Shown here in pieces: positions 1-8,900 of a stretch of DNA of 57,535 nt. The notes beneath the pieces are model-generated. The model saw only the letters and a list, made by a program, of their open reading frames with translations, searched no databases and had not been told where the DNA came from. Both the position numbers and the translations under genes were made by a program. The first letter of the stretch is position 1. Each line of letters begins with the position of its first letter. The stretch lies in contig JAFZBM010000123.1 in the NCBI GenBank assembly GCA_017561765.1, forward strand, positions 1 through 57,535, written 5' to 3'. This stretch comes from Bacteroidales bacterium (GTDB taxonomy: Bacteria > Bacteroidota > Bacteroidia > Bacteroidales > UBA932).

Positions 1-19
1 AAGACATCGAGTAATTATT

Positions 20-50
20 TTTGCCAAGTCAGTAAAAAGCGATAAATTTG
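20..50 (+). promoter_or_regulatory. Host Bacteroidota-type promoter of the tRNA
   Basis: TTTG at 20-23, 19-nt spacer, TAAATTTG at 43-50; matches the TTTG / TAnnTTTG consensus. Confidence 0.7.
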
Positions 51-72
51 CACCCTCTTTTACAGAGGGCCA

Positions 73-146
73 GGTTCCGTAGCTCAGTTGGATAGAGCAA
101 CAGCCTTCTAAGCTGTGGGTCCCGGGTTCGAATCCCGGCGGGATCA
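73..146 (+). tRNA. tRNA-Arg(TCT), prophage integration target
   Basis: Cloverleaf: acceptor GGTTCCG/CGGGATC, anticodon arm ACAGC-CTTCTAA-GCTGT, T-loop TTCGAAT. Confidence 0.95.
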
Positions 147-147
147 C
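104..147 (+). repeat. attL core (44-bp direct repeat)
   Basis: Identical to 57395-57438 except G142 vs A57433. Confidence 0.95.
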
Positions 148-158
148 GAATGGGCCAT

Positions 159-194
159 TAATCTGGCCGACAGCCGATTACATCGGCCAGATTA
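159..194 (+). terminator. Phage-supplied hairpin downstream of the tRNA
   Basis: 12-bp perfect inverted repeat TAATCTGGCCGA (159-170) / TCGGCCAGATTA (183-194); no clear U-tract. Confidence 0.45.
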
Positions 195-248
195 TGGTTC
201 AATGGTTCTCATTCTTGAGGTCATTATCCTCAAAAAAAACCGAAAATA

Positions 249-278
249 TGTCCATTTCTGTCTTTTTGTGTCCATTTC
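249..278 (+). repeat. Candidate integrase arm-type sites
   Basis: TGTCCATTTC at 249-258 and 269-278, between attL and the integrase. Confidence 0.35.
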
Positions 279-321
279 GGGCCAAAAGGAAGTGCAATTA
301 TCGGTGAAAAAATGAAAGGAT

Positions 322-1569
322 ATGACTGTCTCGTTCTACCTCGATGCACGTGCCGTCAAGGACGGCGCTCCCGCCCCCGTCAAGCTCGCCATTCGGCGCA
401 AGGGTACAACTGCCTACATCCCCACTGAACTGAAGGTGCTGCCGTCACAATGGAATTCGGCTCGCCAGCAGGTTATTTCGTCAAATCCGAATGCCAAGTA
501 CCTCAACGTTGTTCTGGGCCGAAAAAGGCTGGAAGCCGAGCGGGCAATAATCCAGCTCCAGCAAGATGAAAACCTGAACGGAATGACAGCGGCTCAAATC
601 CGTGAAAAGGTAATCTGCATTATCGACCCTGAAGCAGCAAATAAGAGCCGTGAGTCCAAGTCATTCCGCTACCGCTTCGTCAGGTTTATGGAACATAAGG
701 GAAATGATGGCACGCGAAGGCTCTATGCTTTTACGCTCCGTAAGCTGGAGGAATTCGACAAGAAGTTACGGATGCGCAGTTTCGAGGATATAACACGTGA
801 CTATTTGCAGGACTTTGAAAGCCACCTTGCCAAGACCGAGAAAAAGAATACACGAAACATTCACCTACGGAACATAAGGGCCGTCATCAACGACGCGATA
901 GATTCCGGGGTCACTTCTTCATATCCGTTCAGGCGTTACCCGGTTAAGCCCGAGGCGACGATGAAAAAGGCACTGACCATCGACCAACTCCGTGCATTGT
1001 TAAAGATTCATTGCGAGCCTTACCAAGTGCAGTACCGCGATATGTTCCTGCTTATGTTTATGCTCAGGGGGATCAATATCGGCGACCTCTTGCAAGCAAG
1101 CAGTAAGGATATCAAGGACGGCCGTCTGGATTATCGGCGCAATAAGGTGGGCACATTGTTCTCCGTCAAGATTGAGCCAGAAGCAAGAGCAATTATCGAG
1201 CGCTATAAGGGAAGGCGCCAACTCCTGAATCCGCTTGATTCCTATGGAAACTATCTGGACTATCTGCATCACCTTAACGATGGACTGAAGGGGATCGGGA
1301 GGACTGTCGGGAAGCGTGGTAAGGCGAATGATGACGGGCTTTTCCCCGGTATTTCCTCTAACTGGGCGAGGCATACTTGGGCAACGGTAGCTTCATTTAT
1401 TGATATCCCGAAAGAGGTTATCAGCAAAGCCCTTGGTCATAGCTTCGGGTTATCAGTCACAGACATTTACATTGATTTTGACAGCTCCAAGGTTGACGAG
1501 GCAAATCGACGTGTCCTGGATTTTGTCCTTTATGGGAAAGATTACCGTAATAATACCGATATAAGTTAA
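322..1569 (+). CDS. int: Tyrosine recombinase / phage integrase
   Basis: 415 aa, N-terminal arm-binding-like region, ARHTWAT...LGHS...TDIY catalytic motifs, adjacent to attL. Confidence 0.95.
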   Translation: MTVSFYLDARAVKDGAPAPVKLAIRRKGTTAYIPTELKVLPSQWNSARQQVISSNPNAKYLNVVLGRKRLEAERAIIQLQQDENLNGMTAAQIREKVICIIDPEAANKSRESKSFRYRFVRFMEHKGNDGTRRLYAFTLRKLEEFDKKLRMRSFEDITRDYLQDFESHLAKTEKKNTRNIHLRNIRAVINDAIDSGVTSSYPFRRYPVKPEATMKKALTIDQLRALLKIHCEPYQVQYRDMFLLMFMLRGINIGDLLQASSKDIKDGRLDYRRNKVGTLFSVKIEPEARAIIERYKGRRQLLNPLDSYGNYLDYLHHLNDGLKGIGRTVGKRGKANDDGLFPGISSNWARHTWATVASFIDIPKEVISKALGHSFGLSVTDIYIDFDSSKVDEANRRVLDFVLYGKDYRNNTDIS

Positions 1570-1709
1570 TTATACAAATAATTGTTTATTTATAAATAAA
1601 TTACTATATTTGTATATCGGTTGAGTTCTTTGAAATATAAAGGTGAAGGGGCGACACCTCCATAGTGAAAGTTCGCCCCGTAGGTTTTACCTGCAAACCC
1701 GATTGCCTT

Positions 1710-1787
1710 ATGTATGTAAAAATCATTTGGAGGGTCTGGAGAATACGCATTGAGTTTACAATCAAACTCTCTCTGCGACTTCTTTAG
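1710..1787 (+). CDS. 25-aa cationic amphipathic peptide, candidate type I toxin
   Basis: Hand-translated MYVKIIWRVWRIRIEFTIKLSLRLL; own promoter TATATTTG (1605-1612) and downstream hairpin (1794-1816). Confidence 0.5.
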   Translation: MYVKIIWRVWRIRIEFTIKLSLRLL

Positions 1788-1835
1788 CGCCCTGGGTACG
1801 GCTCACACCCGTACCCCTTTCGGGTTTATCGTTTG

Positions 1836-1865
1836 CAAAGATAGCAATTATTCCTGAACATCAAA
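1836..1865 (-). promoter_or_regulatory. Antisense promoter facing the 25-aa ORF
   Basis: Minus-strand TTTG (1862-1865), 18 nt, TATCTTTG (1836-1843). Confidence 0.55.
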
Positions 1866-2060
1866 AATAATCCCTTGCGTGCGATTTTTACGCAAAAGTG
1901 TTCGAATATAGCTGGAAACCGTACCAAAAACGGCATTATTTGTGCGTTTTTGTTGCTTTAGCGTACCAAATTGGAATGCTATAGGAATCAACCGATTAGA
2001 TGAGATTTGCATAAAAACGCCAAAATAGTGCGCATAATATCCCGGCATTTGTGTGCGATT

Positions 2061-2648
2061 TTACGGTGGATCATCATTTCCAGACACCATTTTCTTTACC
2101 ATTCGCAGCTTCATGAAATCAATGGGCAGAATCTTGTAGCTGATACCGACGCCGACAAAAGGAGACCCCAGCACCTTCTGGTCATAGAGTGTCAGGCCAT
2201 AGCCTGCCATCAGGGAGATAGCCCACGGGGATTCCTGCTCGTGGATGGTATTACTAATGATGGTTTCCTGCTCATCGAGTTCATAGCGGTCCAAATTCGG
2301 ATCGTAGCCGCTGACCCACATCCGCAACCGGCCGTCCGCCTCTTCATAATACTTCTGCTCCCTTGGTAAATACACGTATTCAGTCGGCCCGGGAACCGGG
2401 ACTTCCACTTCGACCGAATCCGTAAAGAACAGGCATCGGGGAATTGCGATCATCCCGGCCGAAACAGTCTTCACTGGTTGGGGGAAGTCCTTGTAAACGG
2501 GCACGACCTTCGTTATCGTGTCGCGCACTATCTCCGGCGGCTCCACGCGGAGACGGGAGTATTGGTAGCCAGCGAGGAACGACAGGCAGAGGGCTATGGC
2601 TATGGCGACAACCCAAATCGCCAACCGGCGCGAATCACTTCTTTCCAT
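2061..2648 (-). CDS. Membrane-anchored lysis accessory protein (possible spanin-like)
   Basis: Start moved to MERSDS; N-terminal TM helix, C-terminal beta-hairpin-like segment; overlaps the endolysin stop. Confidence 0.55.
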   Translation of the reverse strand: MERSDSRRLAIWVVAIAIALCLSFLAGYQYSRLRVEPPEIVRDTITKVVPVYKDFPQPVKTVSAGMIAIPRCLFFTDSVEVEVPVPGPTEYVYLPREQKYYEEADGRLRMWVSGYDPNLDRYELDEQETIISNTIHEQESPWAISLMAGYGLTLYDQKVLGSPFVGVGISYKILPIDFMKLRMVKKMVSGNDDPP

Positions 2649-3186
2649 CTTCGTAAATGAAACTTGCGGCACGCCGGAGCCAGCCGTCAATGTTGGCAAT
2701 GTTCATCGGGAGAATCGTGGCCCTCGGAGAGAGCTCGCGACCGTTCCGCTCGACGAGCGACAGGTAATACTCGATCCTCGCCCGCTTGATGCGGTAGTGC
2801 AGAGCCCGGTGGTTGCAGGAGTTGATGGCGGCTATGGTCTTGTCGCCGACCTTGCCGTCAACAGTAGTGCCGACAAGCGCTTGCACCTTCCTGACCATCC
2901 CGGTGCCGCAGTTGACGCACCAGTCCACGAACAGCTCCGCGACCGACTGGTCCTTGATTTCGTCGGCGTGGCATTTGTCCCAGAAGCCGCCCTTCATAAT
3001 CTGCTTCCATTGCGACTTGGTCATAGCCTTGAGGTCATCGACCGTCTTGTCCTCGCCAAAGAACAGGCGGAATGTGGTGAGGGTCACACCGTCCTTCGTG
3101 GGGCCTCCGGCATCGGTGGGCTTGTCGTAGTAGCCTTCGCCCTCCCACTTTTTCAATTTCGGTTCATACTTGCTGAATTGTGCCAT
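2635..3186 (-). CDS. Endolysin, glycoside hydrolase family 108-like
   Basis: EGEGYYDKPTDAGGPTKDGVT motif and VDGKVGDKT segment typical of GH108 lysins. Confidence 0.85.
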   Translation of the reverse strand: MAQFSKYEPKLKKWEGEGYYDKPTDAGGPTKDGVTLTTFRLFFGEDKTVDDLKAMTKSQWKQIMKGGFWDKCHADEIKDQSVAELFVDWCVNCGTGMVRKVQALVGTTVDGKVGDKTIAAINSCNHRALHYRIKRARIEYYLSLVERNGRELSPRATILPMNIANIDGWLRRAASFIYEDGKK

Positions 3187-3206
3187 ACTATAACAGATTT
3201 AATTGG

Positions 3207-5915
3207 TTAGACATTCTCTTCAAACTGGTTCCAATTGCATTCAAGGTTCGTAGCGACAAGCTTAACCCAGTACACCAGTATCATGTTCCGAGTATAGCCG
3301 GTGATGCTTCCGCTCTGCTCCGTCGATGAATCGTTGCCCGGAACGGTAAGGTTGCCGAGGTTCACGCTTGACACCAGTACGCTGTGGTTGCTCTCGTCAG
3401 GGTCGCCGTCGCCATCCGGCGTGGAATAGACGTACAGCATTATGCCGCTGAGCGACTTCGATGCGCTCCCGGTGTTCTGGATGCTCCACGAGTAGCGAAT
3501 CCGCTCGTTGCCGTCCCACCAGGCAGCGACGCTGCCGATTAGGTTGCCTTCGATGACCGCCGCAGCCTGCGCCAAGTCTATCTCGATGGCGGAAAGACCG
3601 GCCTCCGCAGGCGTCACGGTAATCTTGCCGGTCTTGCTGCTCGTGCCGGAGTTCTGCCCCACGGTCACTGTTATGGTCTTTGTGCCGCTGCCGCTCGCGT
3701 TGCCGCCGCTGTTGGCGGACAGGCCGGTAACGGGGTCTGTCGTGCCGGAATGGGCCACGGTGAACGTAGTGTTCTGGTACGTGACGACGAACGTTTCCGT
3801 GCCGCCGGAAGCACCGAACGTGAGCGAGGACTTGTCAACACTGATGGCCACCTTCTTCGCCTGGTACAGCTTCACTGTCTTTGTGGCGGTTCCGTTCGTG
3901 GCCGTAATCGTCACGTTCCTCGCGCTGCCGGTGTTCGCGTTGATCGTGACCGCGCCGGCGTTCGAGACGCTGGCCCAGGACTGGTTCTTCGAGAACGTCG
4001 GCGTATCGTTCTGGCGAGCGGTGGACACGCTGCTGCGGTCATCATACCGCTCCTCCGTCGTGGTCTTCGTGTAGCCGGATGTGTAGAGCTGCGATTTCGT
4101 CCTTTCCTGCTTCTGCTGCCACGTGGTCGTGGTCGTGACGAGGTGGTCAGCCGTCCACGAAAGCTGGGCGGAACCGCCGCCAAAAGGACACGGCGAGCCG
4201 GAAGATGAATACTTGTTCGACGAGAGCGCCGTGAGCTTGTAGTCGCTGTTTGCGGACGAGGATGATTCGTTGATGCGCCCGCCGACGTCAGCCCACTCCG
4301 TGTATGACGGATCGCCATCCTTGGCATTCGTGGCACTGAACGTGAGTTCCTCATACTTCGTATTGTCGGAGTTGTGCGTCAGGCGGTACGTCACTGTGTC
4401 CGTGGTCTCGTTATCCTGCATATTCCGGGTATGGGAAACGGACGTCTGCGCGTTGTTGATGCTGAAATACGTGTCGCTGCCGCCAACCTTGGATATCGTG
4501 AACGAGTCGCTGACCTTCGTGTTGCTGCTCTCCGCCGCGATGACCTCCCCGTCCGAATCCCACGTGACGGTCGTTCCGTGATAGTGCCAGGCCTCGCAGA
4601 TGATGGCTGCGGCTCCGCCGGCCGGGCCGATGGTGTTCGTGCCGACCTGGAACTTCACGCCATAGTTGCTGTCACCCGTGGTCGTGGTCTTGCTGTCAGC
4701 CGACTGCGTGAGTTCCAGCGCATCACAGTTCGTGCATCCCTGATATGCGCCCTTGAACTTCCAAGCGACGGAATTCAGCGTATGCTTGTTGTGGGCCACG
4801 GTGTACGAGTTGCCTGACGGCCACGTGTAGGAACTGTTATTCTTCGACCATCCGATGCTGTCCGGCGTGATGGCGGTATTCGCAAGGTCCGTGACCTCGC
4901 CGCCGGTGTCTGCGGCGCCACTGGACCACGAATAGACCGCCGCCTTCCTCGACCCGGTGACAATCTTCCCGGAGAACGTGAGCGTCGCCCCGAGCACGGA
5001 AATAGGCCCCTGAATCGCGTTCAGGGCAATCTTTGTGATCGTGGTTTCCTCTGCGGTCTTGAGCGTCTTGACGTTCGCCGCCTGCCATAGCTGCTGACTG
5101 CCGCTCACGCCCTGAATCGTCGCCGTGACGGAGCCGGGGCGCAACGCGCCTTCGTCATGGCCACGGGACGCGATCTTGACCGTTCCACTGCTCGGGAACG
5201 AAATCCAAGAGGAGGTGCTGGTGAACGAGAACAAACTCTGTGTCGTCACCTCCTCCTGGTACTCGTAGGTCTCGCCGGAAGAGAACACGGCGTTCTGCCA
5301 GAACTGGCACTTGGCCGATACGGTCGTGGTATTCTCTCCGGCGGATGCCGGGCTGTTCTGGTCGGTGTAGCCTCCGAGCGTGACCTGCACGTTGCGATAT
5401 CCGCCCTCTCCCCACGAGAAGTTGTTGGCCAGCTGCGTCATCCCAAACTCATTCTCGGAGTAGAACACAGCGCTCATCGTCTTTCCGTCATACGTAACCG
5501 ACTTGACGGCATAGGTGATGTAGCAGGTCCTCGCCGCCGCGTTCTGCGGCCTCGTGGTCCCGCTGCTGCCGGTAAGGCCGTTCTTTCCCCGGTTGCTGGC
5601 CGTCAGCCGGCCGCTGGAATACGAGAAGTTCGCCGAATCGGATATCTGGACGGTTGTCGGGGTGACGGTATCGGTATAGACCGGCGAGGATTGGCTTCCG
5701 CGATAGATTCGTAGCTGCCAGCTGACAGCAGCATATCCGCCTGAAGCCGGGACTGTGGCGGTCGTGTAGTTGCCGCCGCAGACACCCCACGTGGGAACCA
5801 GCACGGCGCGGTACGAGGTGGGCCATACGATGGAGCCGTTCAGCTTCATCTCACTGATCGTCTTCTTCGAGTTGTTAACGACGATCTCTCCGCCGGTGAT
5901 CCCTTCGTTCCTCAT
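3207..5915 (-). CDS. Ser/Thr-rich tail fibre/adhesin with BACON/Ig-like repeats
   Basis: 902 aa; repeated SW..S..G.VTI..N....R...IT units; follows the tail-tip gene. Confidence 0.7.
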   Translation of the reverse strand: MRNEGITGGEIVVNNSKKTISEMKLNGSIVWPTSYRAVLVPTWGVCGGNYTTATVPASGGYAAVSWQLRIYRGSQSSPVYTDTVTPTTVQISDSANFSYSSGRLTASNRGKNGLTGSSGTTRPQNAAARTCYITYAVKSVTYDGKTMSAVFYSENEFGMTQLANNFSWGEGGYRNVQVTLGGYTDQNSPASAGENTTTVSAKCQFWQNAVFSSGETYEYQEEVTTQSLFSFTSTSSWISFPSSGTVKIASRGHDEGALRPGSVTATIQGVSGSQQLWQAANVKTLKTAEETTITKIALNAIQGPISVLGATLTFSGKIVTGSRKAAVYSWSSGAADTGGEVTDLANTAITPDSIGWSKNNSSYTWPSGNSYTVAHNKHTLNSVAWKFKGAYQGCTNCDALELTQSADSKTTTTGDSNYGVKFQVGTNTIGPAGGAAAIICEAWHYHGTTVTWDSDGEVIAAESSNTKVSDSFTISKVGGSDTYFSINNAQTSVSHTRNMQDNETTDTVTYRLTHNSDNTKYEELTFSATNAKDGDPSYTEWADVGGRINESSSSANSDYKLTALSSNKYSSSGSPCPFGGGSAQLSWTADHLVTTTTTWQQKQERTKSQLYTSGYTKTTTEERYDDRSSVSTARQNDTPTFSKNQSWASVSNAGAVTINANTGSARNVTITATNGTATKTVKLYQAKKVAISVDKSSLTFGASGGTETFVVTYQNTTFTVAHSGTTDPVTGLSANSGGNASGSGTKTITVTVGQNSGTSSKTGKITVTPAEAGLSAIEIDLAQAAAVIEGNLIGSVAAWWDGNERIRYSWSIQNTGSASKSLSGIMLYVYSTPDGDGDPDESNHSVLVSSVNLGNLTVPGNDSSTEQSGSITGYTRNMILVYWVKLVATNLECNWNQFEENV

Positions 5916-5918
5916 TGA

Positions 5919-8900
5919 CTACGATACCTTGATGTAGAGTACACCGCTCTCTTCCGTGCTGGGGTATGATGATACGACCTCGATGCGCTTGATGTTAGAC
6001 CCGGCGAGCATATTGAAGACATTTCCTCCCTGGAACACCTTCGTTCCGTCGGATGTGGCCTCGAATCCCTCTCCGTTCCAGATTGTGCGGAATCCAGTAC
6101 CGGCCGCTTCTGTTTTCGATGCGTCGTTCCCGGTAGGGTACGACAGGGAGAACGAGCCGGAACTTCTTGCTGCCGACAACCAAATTTTGTCATCCGCTTG
6201 AATTCGTCCAGCCTCCAACTCCACTCTTAACGACCACGTGCCGACAGGCAGAGACAAAGTCTTTTCTGCCGACGTCTCGTCAAATGCTGAATCGAGCGTA
6301 ATCGCCTTTGTAAATACCGGCACATCATTATGCCCGTCTGTGAAAAATGCGCGAATCTCGCCACCGAGGTCGGACGAAGCTGCGTGGTCCCCATCATATC
6401 CGGCTTGGTATCTAATCGGAGGAACGACAACCACATTTCCTGTTCTTTGCACGGTGATGGTCTGTCCGAGCAGGCTTGCGATATAGATGCTCTCCTCGCC
6501 AAAACTTCCATATTTGTTTCCGCTGAACGACGATATGGTCGTCGGGCTTATTTGCGACTGCCCGGACAATGAACCGCTATGAATGCTCGCTACGGTATCA
6601 CCGGTCGATTTTTTCACTTCGATAGAATCGCCGGCGATACTGATACGGGCAACGCCATTCGAATCCATTGCGTACAGCTTGTTCACCGTCAGCGTCTGGA
6701 TGAACGCCGCGATTGCGGTCAGCGCCTCTGTCGAGATAGCCTTCCAATACGACATCTTCTCCCAGCAGCCGCCATCAGACACGAGGTTCGCGCCCGGCCT
6801 TGCGGACGTGGCGTAGGTGCTGCCGTTCCTCGTTTTTATACAGAGGTAGATGTATCCATCATTCGGATCGATGGCCTGGTCTTGGTACTTGTGGTTCGGA
6901 TAATCCGTCAGACTGTCATCGCGTCCCTGATACTCGCCGGTTCCTTCCCATCCGGCGGAATTCCAGTAGGAGTATGTACGCATTGACTTTCCGGCAGGGC
7001 CTTGAATTCCAACCCCGTCAGAACCGTCAATTATCAATGGGATTGTCTCGCGATCTACAAGCACATTGCCGATGTAGTATAGAAAAGTCAGCTTGCTCGC
7101 AAAGGCGGAGGCGAGAATACCTTGCGTATATGTCTGCTCGCTGCCTCCATCTATGCTATACTTCAGGGTGCCATCAGATGTTTCAGCGGCATCCGTATTG
7201 CCGACCTTCTTCATCTTCTTGCAGCTGACTTCCGTCTCGCTGTAAACGCCCGCCTTGGTCTTCTTGACAACCGATGCCGACGGGAGAAGGCTGTACACAA
7301 TCGCGGCGTCGCCTTGCTGTCCGGCGCTCAATCCAGCGAGAGTGTATGTCAGGTTTCTTGTTCCAAGCTCGCACGTGACAGCAATAGTAATTTCCGTGTT
7401 CGCCGGGATAGATGTGTTTGCAGGTATGGAAAAAGTCACCTTACCAGTCGGAACGTTGTTTGTCTTTTCGACGGCTGCGGTTACTCCAGTCGGGGTTCCA
7501 GTCACAACGATGTTCGTCAGATTTTGCTGCTGTGTTCCGAGCCACATTGACACGTTGGTCTGGAGGGTGTATGCCGCACCGGTTTTCCCCTGTGCGTTTA
7601 GCGCAATGCCATCCATTTCATTGTCGATGTCGGCATAGATTGCGCTTTCACCCCGTTCTCCCTTGATCTTGCTGACCTCCCAGCTGCCCCATACACCGTT
7701 GGAGCATTTCTGAATAGCGATCCAGATGTTTGATGAGGATTCGTAAGCGGACCAGTTGCCGGGATTGTCAGTAGGATTGCCCGGATTGCTCTCAACCGAC
7801 GAATAGCGAAACCTGATGTCGGCCGTGTCCGTCAATGACTGGGGCGTGGTCCAAGATGACTGCTGCGGCGCCTGGCCGTCGCTGGTGAAGATTCGGGTGC
7901 TCATCCATACCTTTGCGGTACCGTCAGGGATGCCATCGCTCCATCCGTCCGGAACCGGGGACGCGAAACTTCCCTGATTCGCGGCGGGCGCATTAGGCTG
8001 GGTGTTCTGCCTCTTAAACACGCTGCTCTTGAATGCCGTGTTGCCCTTTGCTGCACGCAGCTCCCAGACTGATGAATCCGTCCCGGGCGCTATGGCGCCG
8101 GCTTGCGTATTGGGGCCGGTATCGGCCGTTCCCTTGTGCCACCACGTCTGGCCCTCATAGGAAACCTCGTCGCCATAGTAATAATCTTCCGTGGGGAGAT
8201 AAGCCCCACGATAGCACGTTATAGGTGACGTAGCACCTCCTTTGCTCTGGGACATTGCGCCAGAGAAGATGATATCATCGTGGTCGGCGCCCATATTGAT
8301 GTAAAACATCTTGTGCCCCTTCTGCATCCTGAATATGATATTCAGGAAGTCCAGCGCCTGGTTCCCGTCCGGGCTGAGGTACTGATAGGCAGTGATGCGG
8401 CCCGGCGTGACCTCTGTAAATCCGTTGCAGGTAATGATGCTGCGCTCGCCGCCCGAAACGGAGCCGATGGTCGCGTACAGGAAGTGCCAGTAGCCGGACA
8501 CACTCTCGATGCTGATTGGCGTTTCAGAAGCCACGAACTCCGCCGTCCCGGTGCCGGCTGAGTTCATCCGCTGCGCCTTGATATAGAGGTAGTACGACTT
8601 TGTTTCGTCCGTAAAGGCGATAGTCTTTGCAGCAACCGTCCAGCGCATATATTCGGTCACGGCCCGGTTCGGCTGGACGCTGCTGATACCCTTCGTGTGG
8701 TGCAGGATGTACGCCTTGGGGCACACCAGACGGCCATACGAATCGAAGGCCATATTGTGGCCTACGACGGTCATATTCGTCAGCGACTGGATGAAGCTGT
8801 ATTGCAAGTTCTCGCTGCCGACAAGCATCTGCATCGTATTGACGGCAATCGGGCTGATCGTGTTGGTGAACTCCTGAAGAAGCAGTTTCTCCAGCATCGA

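Noticed and set aside
115-315. 66-aa ORF at the left end and its counterpart at 57172-57438
   Set aside because: They overlap the tRNA/att sequences and look spurious
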